Below are positions 17,829 to 29,642 of a DNA stretch of 37,958 nucleotides, piece after piece; the first letter of the stretch is position 1, and every line of letters begins with the position of its first letter. The notes below the pieces were generated by a model. The model worked only from the letters and a program-made list of their open reading frames with translations, was not told where the DNA came from and searched no databases. The stretch is from Thiobacillus sp. UBA6918. GTDB taxonomy: Bacteria > Pseudomonadota > Gammaproteobacteria > Burkholderiales > Thiobacillaceae. A program made the translations under genes and the position numbers. The stretch spans positions 6,677-44,634 of the forward strand of contig DKAU01000041.1 in the NCBI GenBank assembly GCA_002450925.1. Direction: 5' to 3'.

Positions 17829-19091
17829 ATGACAGCATCCTTGCAAAAAGGCATCAACGCGCTGAAAGAAGTGATCGATGCACCCATTGCCAGCTTTTTC
17901 AGCAGTTGCGTGCACTGCGGCCTGTGTGCCGAAGCCTGTCTCTTCTACACGGAAACAGGCGATCCTCGTTACACACCCATTCACAAGCTGGAGCCTCTCA
18001 AGCGCGTCTACAAGCAGGAATACACACTGCTTGGACGCCTTGCCAAAATGGCTGGCCTCTCCAAACCTGTCACGGATGAGGAACTCGAGTCCTGGAGCGA
18101 ACTGGTCTACGACAGTTGCACCATGTGCGGCCGCTGCAGCATGGTGTGTCCCGTAGGCAATGACCTGACTTACATGATCCGCAAATTTCGCGAAGGCATG
18201 GCTGTTTCCGGGCATGCTCCGCAAGGCATCATCAATGCAACAAAAAGAACGGTGGAAGAGGGTGGCCCCATGGGGCTCAAGTGGCCTGCGGTGCAGAATG
18301 TGATCAAGCATCAACAGGAAGACTCCGGACTGTACATCCCGGTCGACCAGGCAGGCGTCGATTATCTCGTGCTCATGTCCTCGATGGAAATCGTGAACTA
18401 TCCAGAGTATCTCGGTTCTCTGGCGAAGATATTCAGCAAGGCTGGCATAACCTGGACGTTGTCATCCGAAGCGATCGAAGCAACCAACGCAGGCATCCAG
18501 ATAGGCGCATCCGACCTGGCGCGTGAAATTGTTTCCCGCATCGTCAATGCAGCAGAAAAGCTCAGGGTTAAAAATGTGCTTTCACCCGAATGCGGCCACG
18601 CGTACATGGCTATCCGCTGGGAAGGTCCCAACCTGATGGGGCGACCATTCAAGTTCGAAGTCGTGCACGTGCTGGAACTGCTGGATGAGTTGCGTAGCAA
18701 GGGGGTCCTGAAAATGAAGGACAAGCTCAAGACCCCGGTGACCCTGCATGACCCCTGCCAGATCGTGCGCCGAGGCGGGGTATTGAATGCGCCTGAAACC
18801 CTGTTGAAGGAAGTCGTGGTCGAGTTCCGGCCCATGACCGACAGCAACAAATGGAACTGGTGTTGCGGTGGTGGGGGAGGAGCGTCGGCCATTCACGAGC
18901 CCGAGGCGGAAGAACTTCGCTTCAAGGCATTCAAGCGCAAGAAAACGCAGTTGGAGGAAACCGGTGTAAACACCATGGTGACCTTCTGCGCCAATTGCCG
19001 CATTACGCTTGAAGAGGGTATCGACCACTACGAGATGAATACGCAACTCATAGGACTGACCGAGTTGCTGGCCGAACATCTGGAGGATTGA
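17829..19091 (+). CDS. isp2: Isp2, HdrD/DsrK-like Fe-S oxidoreductase
   Basis: Two CxxCxxCxxxC motifs (CVHCGLCAEAC, CTMCGRCSMVC) and CCG-domain motifs (ECGH, HDPC, WCCGGGGG, CANC). Confidence 0.9.
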   Translation: MTASLQKGINALKEVIDAPIASFFSSCVHCGLCAEACLFYTETGDPRYTPIHKLEPLKRVYKQEYTLLGRLAKMAGLSKPVTDEELESWSELVYDSCTMCGRCSMVCPVGNDLTYMIRKFREGMAVSGHAPQGIINATKRTVEEGGPMGLKWPAVQNVIKHQQEDSGLYIPVDQAGVDYLVLMSSMEIVNYPEYLGSLAKIFSKAGITWTLSSEAIEATNAGIQIGASDLAREIVSRIVNAAEKLRVKNVLSPECGHAYMAIRWEGPNLMGRPFKFEVVHVLELLDELRSKGVLKMKDKLKTPVTLHDPCQIVRRGGVLNAPETLLKEVVVEFRPMTDSNKWNWCCGGGGGASAIHEPEAEELRFKAFKRKKTQLEETGVNTMVTFCANCRITLEEGIDHYEMNTQLIGLTELLAEHLED

Positions 19092-19101
19092 GGAAAAAGC
19101 C

Positions 19102-20856
<1,755 letters not shown>

Positions 20857-20871
20857 GGAAAAGGAAACAAC

Positions 20872-21075
20872 ATGCGTATCAAAACCATCATCTTTTCCCT
20901 CCTGGCATCAACTGCCACGACGGCTTTGGCACATCAGCAGGTCTATGCTCATACCCATGATGATGAATTGCTGGCCCGTTTGACGAACCTGTTGTTCTCG
21001 GCTCCGTTATGGGTCTATGTGATCGGAGCCATTGCTGTTGTCGCCATTTTGCGGGTCCTATGGAAGACATCCTGA
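20872..21075 (+). CDS. Small His-rich membrane protein with a signal peptide (resembles the HupE/UreJ N-terminus)
   Basis: RBS AAGGA, signal peptide ending ALA, then HQQVYAHTHDD and one C-terminal TM helix. It fills the hynL-ATPase gap. Confidence 0.65.
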   Translation: MRIKTIIFSLLASTATTALAHQQVYAHTHDDELLARLTNLLFSAPLWVYVIGAIAVVAILRVLWKTS

Positions 21076-21386
21076 AGCGCCTGCTCGAGGCGGAACAAAA
21101 AGCGGAAAAACAGGTAGAAGAGGCCGATGCTGCGCGCAGGGAAATGATCCAGGGGGCCCTGGAAGAAGCGCGCAGGGCAGAGGCAGAATTCGAAGAGCAG
21201 GCCGAAACCCGCCGCAAACCTTTCCTGAAGCTGGCCGAAGAGGGGGCTCGGCGGCGAATTGCCGAAGATGAGGCGGCCGCTGCTGCGCATCAACGAAATC
21301 TGCGTGAACGGGCGGCAGCCAACGAGGAAGCTGCCGTCAAGGCAGCACTTGCGTTGATCCTGGGGGAGGATCAGCAACAACAATAA
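21060..21386 (+). CDS. A/V-type ATPase peripheral stalk subunit G/H
   Basis: MEDILKRLLEAEQKAEKQVEEA is a charged Ala/Glu coiled coil. It is the first gene of the ATPase cluster. Confidence 0.8.
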   Translation: MEDILKRLLEAEQKAEKQVEEADAARREMIQGALEEARRAEAEFEEQAETRRKPFLKLAEEGARRRIAEDEAAAAAHQRNLRERAAANEEAAVKAALALILGEDQQQQ

Positions 21387-21411
21387 CGTTCAGGGAAAGC
21401 CGACGGCAAAC

Positions 21412-22452
21412 ATGTTGAATCATTACCTCGATGCCAGAGTTAGCCTGATGGCCTCCAGGCTGCTTGGCAGCGAAGACATACAAATACTGGCCGAAGGTTC
21501 TGACGAGCAACGCGCAGCGGTTCTTGAGCGTGCCGGATTAGGCGCCATGGTTGAAGGCATGAAGAGCGGCCGCTACATGGAGCAATCCATCATTCTCAAT
21601 CAACTGGCAGACATCGTGATCCTGCTTCGTGCTGCCGGTGATGCTCGCAAGTTTCTCCTGTACTGGGTATTGCGCTTCGAAATCACGAACCTCAAGGCCA
21701 TCATCAGGGCCAGGATGAGCGGGATTCCGCCATCGGAAATCCGTCATGAGCTGATAGACATGGGGTTTCTGGCTTCTCTGCCCATTGATGAGTTGCTCAG
21801 GACAGAAGATGTTGGAGAATTGCTGCGCCGACTCGAGACGACACGTTATGCGGACATCGTTCGTTTTGCTCGAAGTGCTTTCGAGACCCAGCACCGACTA
21901 TTTGAACTCGATGCCGCGCTTGACCGCCGCTTCTATCAGGGCCTGGTTGGCCTGGCCGGACAGCTTGAGTCCGAACTGGGCAAGGCTTTCCATGACCTCG
22001 TTGGACTAATGATCGATCGCATCAATCTCGTATGGTTGCTGCGCTTTCGCTTCGTTTACAAACTGCCACCGTCCCAGGTTTATTACTTGCTGATCCCCAG
22101 CCGTTATCGACTTTCTTCAAGTGTATTGATGGAGCTTGCTGTTCTGGAACGTTTCGAACAGGTTCTTGCAGCGCTGCCCCAGCCATATCGAAACTGGCTG
22201 GAGGAGGCCGAAAACATCAACGAGGTGCAGGCAACCATGGAGAGCAGGTTTGCCCTGTCGGCACGCAAGGTCCTGCATTCACCGGCTCATGGATTGTCTC
22301 GTGCATTTTCATATCTGGTCCTGCGCGAGCAGGACATGCGCCGCGTCAGGAGTGTACTCAAAGGCAGAAGTATTGGTCTGCATGCGGACACCATCAGACA
22401 GGCTTTGGGGCTTGTCGAGACCAGTCCACCCATTGCGATGAGAATGGGGTAA
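21412..22452 (+). CDS. ntpC: A/V-type ATPase subunit C (AC39/d family)
   Basis: YLDARV...SRLL, EITNLKAIIR, IDRINL and near-terminal EQDMRRV..VLKG. 346 aa, with matching operon position. Confidence 0.85.
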   Translation: MLNHYLDARVSLMASRLLGSEDIQILAEGSDEQRAAVLERAGLGAMVEGMKSGRYMEQSIILNQLADIVILLRAAGDARKFLLYWVLRFEITNLKAIIRARMSGIPPSEIRHELIDMGFLASLPIDELLRTEDVGELLRRLETTRYADIVRFARSAFETQHRLFELDAALDRRFYQGLVGLAGQLESELGKAFHDLVGLMIDRINLVWLLRFRFVYKLPPSQVYYLLIPSRYRLSSSVLMELAVLERFEQVLAALPQPYRNWLEEAENINEVQATMESRFALSARKVLHSPAHGLSRAFSYLVLREQDMRRVRSVLKGRSIGLHADTIRQALGLVETSPPIAMRMG

Positions 22453-22454
22453 AC

Positions 22455-24401
22455 ATGTTCAAGCCACTGCGCATGCAGCATGTTTCGCTCTGGGTGCTAC
22501 GGAATGATGCGCCACAGGCCTCCTTGCTGTTGGCCACCTATGGGATATTTACACCCGAGAAGAGTGAGGCATGGGAGCGTGATTTGCCTGAAACGCCGGG
22601 CGACCTCTATTCCGAGGTCTTTGCCGAAGCCAATACTCGCCTGAACAAGATTCTTGATCATTTTGGCCCAAGCCCACTTGCCCCGGAGGTTGCTCCGGAA
22701 AATGAAAAGGAATTGACGGCGGACATTCCCGAGGCGCCAACGCTTGAGCAATTGCAGGAGTGGAATGCCTGGCTGGGTGAATTGTGGAATGTTGCATCCC
22801 ATTGCGAAGAAGAAAAACGGCACATACAAGAATCCATTGAGCGCAATGTCAGCCTCCTAAACTCGCTTGAGCACTTCAAGACATTGGATGTTGACCTGGG
22901 ATGGCTTGCCCGCCCCAAGCGTTTTTTGCACACGCAAATCGGGACGGTGCCTGAATCCAGCCTGGCAAGGTTGCGCGATGCGCTTGAATTGTCCGGATTC
23001 CTGATCGAGGTTTTCGATTCGCATGAGGGACGGGTTTATGCCGTTGCTGTCGGCCCGGTCGGAAAAGACAGGGAAATACATGGCGCCCTCGATGCTGCAG
23101 GGTGGCAGGATATAACACTCGAGCCGGAACTGCTGTCACACCCTGAAAAGGCCAGGGAGTCGATTGAACATGTCATGGAGCAGTTGCGACAACAGGACCT
23201 CAGCTGTGATTCAAGGCATCACACAAAAATTGGCGATGTCTCTCAGAAATTGCAGGTGTTAAGGCAAGGCATGGCGCTTGCCGAGCCTTATGTGCGCATC
23301 TCAGCCGAAACGCTAAGGGCCCGTGGCGGACTGGCGGTCATCACGGGGTGGATAACAGAACGCGACGTCGAGCGTATGCGACAGGCCCTGAATGCCAAAC
23401 TGGAAGATCGATATGTTTTGCAGCTGCGTCCTCCTTATGTCTCGGAACTGGACAGTGTTCCGTCGGCAATGCGTTACCCGGACTGGCTGGGTCCATTTGC
23501 TGACCTGGTCAGGAACTACGGGATTCCGCGCTATGGAGAATTTGATCCCACCTGGCTCTTCGCGATTTCCTTCGCTCTGATGTTTGGCATGATGTTTGGA
23601 GACATCGGACAGGGTTTTGTTATCGGGATCATTGGCCTTTCCCTTAGGGGCAAGGCGCGTCGCTTCCGCAGCCTGTTCGTTGCGGCCGGGGGATCTGCAA
23701 TGGCATTCGGCTTTGCGTACGGCAGCATTTTCGGGTTTGAAGACCTTATAGAGCCATTCTGGATTTCGCCGCTGCACGATCCGGTCCGCATGCTCAAGCT
23801 GGCCGTTCTGTGGGGCATCGGCTTTATTACGGTCACGCAATTGCTGACCATCTATAACCGCATGATGTCCGGCATAGTTTCAAAGGCCTTGTTCGATGCG
23901 GGTGGAGTGGCAGGGCTTTTGCTCTATCTGGGCGCGGTAGCCATTGCATATGACCTTGCTACCACGGGCGAGTTTGGACTTGGCGCTGCACTCGTAACAA
24001 GCCTGGGGCTTGGTGCAATCCTGGTCTGGAACTGGCTGGAAAGTTCCGGGCCTGTCGCCGAGCGTTTGCTGACCGTGGTCATGGAAAGCTTCGAATCATT
24101 GATTGGATTTTTTGCCAATACGCTTTCTTTCATGCGCGTGGCTGCGTTTTCCATTAACCACGTTGCGCTTGCGCTTGCAGTTCTGACTATTGCGGAAAAC
24201 ATGGGCAGCGCGGGAAAAATCATCACGCATGTGGTTGGCAACATTGTCATCCTTGTTTTGGAAGGCGCTATCGTGGCCATTCAGGTTCTGCGTCTTGAAT
24301 ACTATGAAGGGTTTTCACGATTCTTCAGCGGCGGTGGACGAGCCTTTGATCCCCTCATGATCAAGGGCAAGGCGGGCATGTCACAAAATCGTCATACTTG
24401 A
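22455..24401 (+). CDS. ntpI: A/V-type ATPase subunit I (a)
   Basis: YGIPRYGEFDPT, FGMMFGDIGQG, NTLSFMRVAAF (essential Arg) and LRLEYYEGFSRFF.GGG..F.P. Start at ATG 22455. Confidence 0.93.
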   Translation: MFKPLRMQHVSLWVLRNDAPQASLLLATYGIFTPEKSEAWERDLPETPGDLYSEVFAEANTRLNKILDHFGPSPLAPEVAPENEKELTADIPEAPTLEQLQEWNAWLGELWNVASHCEEEKRHIQESIERNVSLLNSLEHFKTLDVDLGWLARPKRFLHTQIGTVPESSLARLRDALELSGFLIEVFDSHEGRVYAVAVGPVGKDREIHGALDAAGWQDITLEPELLSHPEKARESIEHVMEQLRQQDLSCDSRHHTKIGDVSQKLQVLRQGMALAEPYVRISAETLRARGGLAVITGWITERDVERMRQALNAKLEDRYVLQLRPPYVSELDSVPSAMRYPDWLGPFADLVRNYGIPRYGEFDPTWLFAISFALMFGMMFGDIGQGFVIGIIGLSLRGKARRFRSLFVAAGGSAMAFGFAYGSIFGFEDLIEPFWISPLHDPVRMLKLAVLWGIGFITVTQLLTIYNRMMSGIVSKALFDAGGVAGLLLYLGAVAIAYDLATTGEFGLGAALVTSLGLGAILVWNWLESSGPVAERLLTVVMESFESLIGFFANTLSFMRVAAFSINHVALALAVLTIAENMGSAGKIITHVVGNIVILVLEGAIVAIQVLRLEYYEGFSRFFSGGGRAFDPLMIKGKAGMSQNRHT

Positions 24402-24433
24402 ATGGAGATATATCAAACAAAATGGAGAGCACC

Positions 24434-24877
24434 ATGATTTTCATCGTAGGCATCATGACACTGACCATAGTCGGCCTGATTGGTTTGGGTGTGTATCTGG
24501 AGCTGTTTCCGGAAAGAAGAATTGCCGCGCCGCACCGCGTGCGCAACTGGTTGTTCGGCAACTTTTCCGTCTTTGCGGTTGCTCTTGTTGCCCTGCTGGC
24601 CGTGGCCGCGCAAGAGGTGATGGCGGAGACCACGACAACGATTGCGCGTGGCGAAATCTCGCTTGGTCTCGGGCTCGCAATTATCGGGGCTGGCCTGCCA
24701 ACCGGACTTGCAGCCATCGGCGCAGCGCTGGCATTGGGTCCGGTGGGTTCGGCCGCTTTGGCAGTCGTGGCAGAAAAGCCCGAGATGTTCGGCCGAACCC
24801 TGATTTACCTTGGGCTGGCTGAAGGCATCGCAATCTATGGGCTGGTGATGTCCATTCTTTTGCTTGGAAAAATCTAG
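24434..24877 (+). CDS. ntpK: A/V-type ATPase proteolipid subunit K (c) with an N-terminal extension
   Basis: C-terminal hairpin AEKPEMFGRTLIYLGLAEGIAIYGL carries the conserved Glu. Start chosen at ATG 24434 after GGAGAG; 24422 is possible. Confidence 0.9.
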   Translation: MIFIVGIMTLTIVGLIGLGVYLELFPERRIAAPHRVRNWLFGNFSVFAVALVALLAVAAQEVMAETTTTIARGEISLGLGLAIIGAGLPTGLAAIGAALALGPVGSAALAVVAEKPEMFGRTLIYLGLAEGIAIYGLVMSILLLGKI

Positions 24878-24886
24878 AAAGAATAT

Positions 24887-25198
24887 ATGGCAACTGCGGC
24901 CACGCGCATCATCGCACTTGGTTCCGTTCCGCTCATGGACGGTTTTCGGCTTGCCGGTGTGGAAGTCGTGCCAGATGCCGATGCGCAGCAGCTTGAATCC
25001 CTCCTCAAGTCGCTGGTGATGGAAAAGGCCAAGGCATTGATACTGGTAGAGTCAGGGCTGATCGATGAGCCGGGCCAATGGTTGCACCATGTGCAATCGG
25101 AAGGAGGTCGTATAGTCGTGGTACAAATACCTTCTCTTGCCAGCGGCGGCAAGTATCGTTCTGACGTGGACGCGCTAATCGGATCAAGGAGAGGATAG
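24887..25198 (+). CDS. A/V-type ATPase subunit F
   Basis: IIALG...GFRLAGVE and VVQIPS motifs, 103 aa. Confidence 0.88.
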   Translation: MATAATRIIALGSVPLMDGFRLAGVEVVPDADAQQLESLLKSLVMEKAKALILVESGLIDEPGQWLHHVQSEGGRIVVVQIPSLASGGKYRSDVDALIGSRRG

Positions 25199-25199
25199 C

Positions 25200-25829
25200 G
25201 TGACTCAACATACCGAAAAGCTGGAAGGTCTGTTGTATGCCCAAGCCATGGATCTTGCCGGGCAGCATATCGATAAAGGACGGCAGGCGAGAGATCAGAT
25301 CGCAAGTGAACTGGAGGCAAGGTTGCAACAGCTAAAGGCGGGCGAGGAGCATCGCTATCAGCACGAAGCCGAGCAGTTGTGCCGTCAGATGCTGCAGACC
25401 TCAAAACTCCATATGGATACAGAACTGGACCGTCTGCGTTGGGCATTGGTTCAAGCTGTTCTTGCAGACGTTCACAAACATCTGGAGAAAACTCACGAAG
25501 ACCCGACCCGATATCAAAAGGTACTGGCGACATTGTTGTCGGAAGCGTCAGCAGTCATTCCTGAAGGTACGCTTGTTGTTGAACTGAATCCGCGTGACAT
25601 CGAGAACCTGCAGCCCGTCTGGGAAAGCATTGTGGCAAGTGTCGCGCCGGGGCGAAAGATAAAACTTGCCTCGCTGACAGATCATGCAAGCGGCGGCATC
25701 ATGGTTCGCAGTGAAGATGGAAGGCTGCGAGTAGACAATACATTTGAAGGCCGCATGTCCCGCATGCAGGACGAGTTGCTGGGCGTCATCATGGAAAATC
25801 TGTTCGTGCAAAACGAAGGCAAATCATGA
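25200..25829 (+). CDS. ntpE: A/V-type ATPase subunit E
   Basis: GTG start, N-terminal coiled coil, VELNPRD and GGIMVRSEDGRLRVDNTFEGR. Confidence 0.9.
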   Translation: MTQHTEKLEGLLYAQAMDLAGQHIDKGRQARDQIASELEARLQQLKAGEEHRYQHEAEQLCRQMLQTSKLHMDTELDRLRWALVQAVLADVHKHLEKTHEDPTRYQKVLATLLSEASAVIPEGTLVVELNPRDIENLQPVWESIVASVAPGRKIKLASLTDHASGGIMVRSEDGRLRVDNTFEGRMSRMQDELLGVIMENLFVQNEGKS

Positions 25830-27634
25830 ACAGCGAAGGCACCATACTCGACATACAGGGGCCCATCGTTATTGCGCAGTTGCCGTCCGCGCTCATTGGC
25901 GAGCAGGTCAAGCTTGGCAGCGAAGGGTTGATGGGAGAAGTGATCGCCCGCGAAGATGGTCGGGCCATCATACAGGTGTATGAAAATACCGAAGGGCTGC
26001 GGCCAGAAGGACCTGCCACAGCGCTGGGTTCTCAACTTTCCGTTGAATTGGGGCCAGGCCTTCTGGGCGGAATCTTCGATGGCCTGCAACGTCCGCTGAA
26101 TACAATGCTGGATCTGACCGGCGAACGCATAGAGCGAGGCTTGGTGGTTTCCGCAATCGATCGCAACAGGCGCTGGGCTTTTGTGCCTGCGGAAGAACTC
26201 AAGGTAGGCGCACAGGTTTCAGGCGGCACCATTCTGGGTACGGTGCCGGAAAATGAAACCATTACCCATCGCATCCTGATGCCGCCAGATATTGCAGGCG
26301 AATTGCATGATCTGGTTCCAGCCGGTGAATACGCTGTGGACGATGTGATCGGGCGCGTGCGCGACAGGTACGGCAACATTCACAAATTGCATCTGTCCAG
26401 TCGATGGCCGGTTCGCATTCCGCGTCCATTCGGCAAACGCGACAATGCCGTGCAGCCGCTGATTACGGGTCAACGCATCATGGACACTTTTTTCCCCTTA
26501 TTGAAAGGAGGGAAGGGCGCCATCCCGGGCCCTTTCGGTGCGGGCAAGACAGTGTTGCAACAGCAGATTGCACGCTGGTCCGATGCGCAGATCGTGATCT
26601 ATGTCGGCTGCGGCGAACGCGGCAACGAACTGACCGAGGTGCTGGACACCTTTCCAAAACTAACCGACCCGCGCACCGGCAGGCCGCTCATGGAAAGGAC
26701 CTTGCTGGTTGCCAATACTTCCAACATGCCGGTGGTGGCGCGTGAAGTTTCCGTGTACGTGGGTATGACCATTGGTGAATATTTTCGCGACCAGGGTTAC
26801 GACGTCGTGATCGTGGCGGATTCCACCAGCCGCTGGGCAGAAGCATTGCGCGAGGTTTCCGGCAGGCTGGGACAGATGCCGGTTGAAGAGGGCTATCCCG
26901 CTTATCTGGGTTCCACGCTGTCTGCGTTTTACGAGCGGGCAGGACGGGTGGTCACGCTAAATGGTAACCATGGTTCCGTCACCCTGATCGGTGCAGTGTC
27001 TCCCCCGGGTGGAGACTTTTCCGAACCGGTCACCAGCCATACCAAGGACATCATCCAGACCTTCTGGGCGCTTTCCAAGGACCTTGCCGATGCACGGCAT
27101 TACCCGGCTGTGGACTGGCTTGAAAGTTTCTCGCTGTTTGTGGATGCCGCCGCGAAATGGTGGCATGAAAACATCAATGAAGACTGGATGAGGCTGCGCA
27201 ACGCAGCCTTGCGACTGTTGTCGGAATCCGAGGAGCTGGCGCGCATCGTCAACCTGGTTGGCGTAGAGGCCTTGTCCGGACAGCAACGCTGGACGCTGGA
27301 GACGGCAAAACTGATCCGTGAAGGCCTGCTGCAGCAAAGCGCGCTCGAACCCCAGGACAGTTTCTGTTCCCCGCAAAAACAGTTCCTGATGCTGAAGCTG
27401 ATGATTGAAATCTATAACCGTGGTGCCGAGATGTTAAGGATTGGCATGCCGGTGCAAGAATTGCTTCGCCAGCCCCTGATGGCCAAGGCCCGGCGCTGGA
27501 AGATTGTCTATAGCAGTGAAGACATAGAAGGGCTTGAAAAAGAGCTTCAGGCCATAGAGCCGACATTCGATGCCTTGCGTACCGAATATGCCAGCCCGGT
27601 TCAGTCAACTGGCGCGAAGGCGGATTTGTCATGA
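25826..27634 (+). CDS. ntpA: A/V-type ATPase catalytic subunit A
   Basis: [16 protein letters not shown], the V-type non-homologous region, Walker [37 protein letters not shown] and [10 protein letters not shown]. Confidence 0.97.
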   Translation: MNSEGTILDIQGPIVIAQLPSALIGEQVKLGSEGLMGEVIAREDGRAIIQVYENTEGLRPEGPATALGSQLSVELGPGLLGGIFDGLQRPLNTMLDLTGERIERGLVVSAIDRNRRWAFVPAEELKVGAQVSGGTILGTVPENETITHRILMPPDIAGELHDLVPAGEYAVDDVIGRVRDRYGNIHKLHLSSRWPVRIPRPFGKRDNAVQPLITGQRIMDTFFPLLKGGKGAIPGPFGAGKTVLQQQIARWSDAQIVIYVGCGERGNELTEVLDTFPKLTDPRTGRPLMERTLLVANTSNMPVVAREVSVYVGMTIGEYFRDQGYDVVIVADSTSRWAEALREVSGRLGQMPVEEGYPAYLGSTLSAFYERAGRVVTLNGNHGSVTLIGAVSPPGGDFSEPVTSHTKDIIQTFWALSKDLADARHYPAVDWLESFSLFVDAAAKWWHENINEDWMRLRNAALRLLSESEELARIVNLVGVEALSGQQRWTLETAKLIREGLLQQSALEPQDSFCSPQKQFLMLKLMIEIYNRGAEMLRIGMPVQELLRQPLMAKARRWKIVYSSEDIEGLEKELQAIEPTFDALRTEYASPVQSTGAKADLS

Positions 27635-29037
27635 GCATGCTTGAATATCGCAGTTCGGCGTGGGCGCGTGGCGGATTGCTGGCCATGCGCAACGTACCCG
27701 GCGTGGCGTTGGGTGACCGCGTGGCGGTGCGTGATCATCTTGGCAATCGCCGCAACGGACAAGTCATCCGTTCTTCTTCGGAAATGGTGCTGATTCAGAT
27801 TTTCGAGGGCACGGACAACCTCGATCTTGAGCGCACCTGGGTACGTTTTCTGGATCAGCCGTTTGAACTGGCACTGGCACCGGAAATGCTGGGCCGTGTG
27901 TTCAATGGTGTTGGGCAACCGCGAGATGGCCGCCCCCCCATCATTTCCAGCCTAGCCCGCAACGTCAATGGTGCGGCCATTAACCCCGCAGCACGCGCCT
28001 ATCCCCGAGAGTTTATCCAGACCGGCATTTCCACCATCGACGGCATGAACACGCTGGTGCGTGGCCAGAAACTGCCCGTTTTTTCCGGATCGGGCCTGCC
28101 TCACAACAGATTGGCGGCACAGATTGTTCGTCAGGCCAAACTGCTTGCTTATGGCGACGATAATAGAGAAGGGCAGGAAAGCTTTGCGCTGGTGTTCGCT
28201 GCCATGGGTGTTTCGCACAGCGATGCGCAATTCTTCGAGGAGTCCTTCGAGGAGAGTGGTGTGCTGGGACAGGTAGTAAATTTCATCAACCTTGCCGACG
28301 ATCCCCCCATCGAGAGATTGATCCTTCCCCGTGTTGCGCTGACTTGCGCCGAATATCTTGCCTTCGATCTGGGCATGCATGTGCTGGTGGTCATGACGGA
28401 CATGACCTACTACGCAGAAGCATTGCGGGAAATCGCAACCGGCAAGGGCGATGTGCCAGCCCGCAAAGGTTTCCCTGGCTATCTCTATTCAGACCTTGCG
28501 GAAATCTACGAACGCGCCGGGCGCGTCCGAAACAAGAAAGGATCCATAACGCTTATCCCGGTCGTATCCATGCCGTCCGATGACATTACTCATCCGGTTC
28601 CGGATTTGACCGGTTACATCACCGAGGGTCAGATTGTGCTTTCGCGTGAACTGATGGCCGCAAATATACAGCCGCCAGTGTCCGTGTTGCCCTCGTTGTC
28701 ACGCCTGATGAAGGACGGCATCGGCGAAGGCATGACTCGAGAAGACCACGCACGTGTTTCAAGCCAGCTTTTCGCGTCTTACGCCAAGGCACAGGAAGTT
28801 CGCAGCCTGGCCGCCATAATCGGTGCGGAAGAGCTTTCCCAGGAGGACAACCAATATCTAAAATTTGCCGAGGCGTTCGAGCAGCGTTTTGTCAGTCAGG
28901 GCGAGCACGAGGACCGCAGTATTTTCCATACACTGGATCTGGCCTGGGAGATACTCTCGCTGCTGCCTAAAGAGGCGCTGACACGTTTGTCCGAAAAAGA
29001 CATCGAAGCGCACTACCTGTCAACAGGAACGCAATGA
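27631..29037 (+). CDS. ntpB: A/V-type ATPase subunit B
   Basis: QTGISTIDGMNTLVRGQKLPVFSGSGLPHN, GFPGYLYSDL, DDITHPVPDLTGYITEGQ and PSLSRLM. Confidence 0.97.
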   Translation: MSMLEYRSSAWARGGLLAMRNVPGVALGDRVAVRDHLGNRRNGQVIRSSSEMVLIQIFEGTDNLDLERTWVRFLDQPFELALAPEMLGRVFNGVGQPRDGRPPIISSLARNVNGAAINPAARAYPREFIQTGISTIDGMNTLVRGQKLPVFSGSGLPHNRLAAQIVRQAKLLAYGDDNREGQESFALVFAAMGVSHSDAQFFEESFEESGVLGQVVNFINLADDPPIERLILPRVALTCAEYLAFDLGMHVLVVMTDMTYYAEALREIATGKGDVPARKGFPGYLYSDLAEIYERAGRVRNKKGSITLIPVVSMPSDDITHPVPDLTGYITEGQIVLSRELMAANIQPPVSVLPSLSRLMKDGIGEGMTREDHARVSSQLFASYAKAQEVRSLAAIIGAEELSQEDNQYLKFAEAFEQRFVSQGEHEDRSIFHTLDLAWEILSLLPKEALTRLSEKDIEAHYLSTGTQ

Positions 29038-29642
29038 AGCGACTAAAGGTTCCGCCTACGAGAAACACACTCCTGCAACTGGGCAAGCAGGTGAAGTTTC
29101 TTACCCAGGGCCACGATATGCTGGAGAAAAAGCGCGAGCTGCTTACTCGTGTGGTGCAGGATAGGCTCAAGGAATACCGCCAGCTCAGGCACGAAGCCGA
29201 AGCAAAATTGCAGGAAGCCTATCGCTGGATGGCGATCTGCGAACTGCGCATGGGCAGCCAGATATTGCGACAGGCTAGCATCGGTCTTCCCCCATCAGTC
29301 GAGGTTGACATCACCAACCGGTCTTCGGTTGGTGTCGAATATTCTTCGGTCAAGGCCAAGACATTTCCCCTTCAGCCTGTTGGACTGATGTGGACGGATG
29401 TAAGCTTTGATGAAGCTCGTGCAAGGATGACAGAGCTGGTCGCTTTTCTTGCACAACTGGGCGAGGCCGAAAATGCCCTGATGCGTTTCGTGGTCGAACA
29501 GCGCAAAACTCAGAAGCGCGTCAACGCGCTCAAGTACAACATCATTCCGCGTTACAAAACCACGGTGTCGCACATCCGACAGGCACTCGAAGAGGATGAG
29601 CGCAGCACCTTGTTCCAGATCAAGGTGTTGAGGGGAGGTTAG
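29034..29642 (+). CDS. ntpD: A/V-type ATPase rotor subunit D
   Basis: PTRNTLL, GHDMLEKKR, KTQKRVNALKY.IIP and LEEDER motifs. Confidence 0.95.
   Translation: MKRLKVPPTRNTLLQLGKQVKFLTQGHDMLEKKRELLTRVVQDRLKEYRQLRHEAEAKLQEAYRWMAICELRMGSQILRQASIGLPPSVEVDITNRSSVGVEYSSVKAKTFPLQPVGLMWTDVSFDEARARMTELVAFLAQLGEAENALMRFVVEQRKTQKRVNALKYNIIPRYKTTVSHIRQALEEDERSTLFQIKVLRGG

Noticed and set aside
22032-22454. Long N-terminal extensions in the ORF track (ntpI; likewise hypE, isp1, hydG, dmeF, dmeR)
   Set aside because: They overlap neighbouring genes or promoters. Downstream ATGs with an RBS or stop-start coupling fit the family N-termini.
25826-27634. Intein in ATPase subunit A
   Set aside because: At 602 aa with a continuous GKTV motif, there is no insertion.
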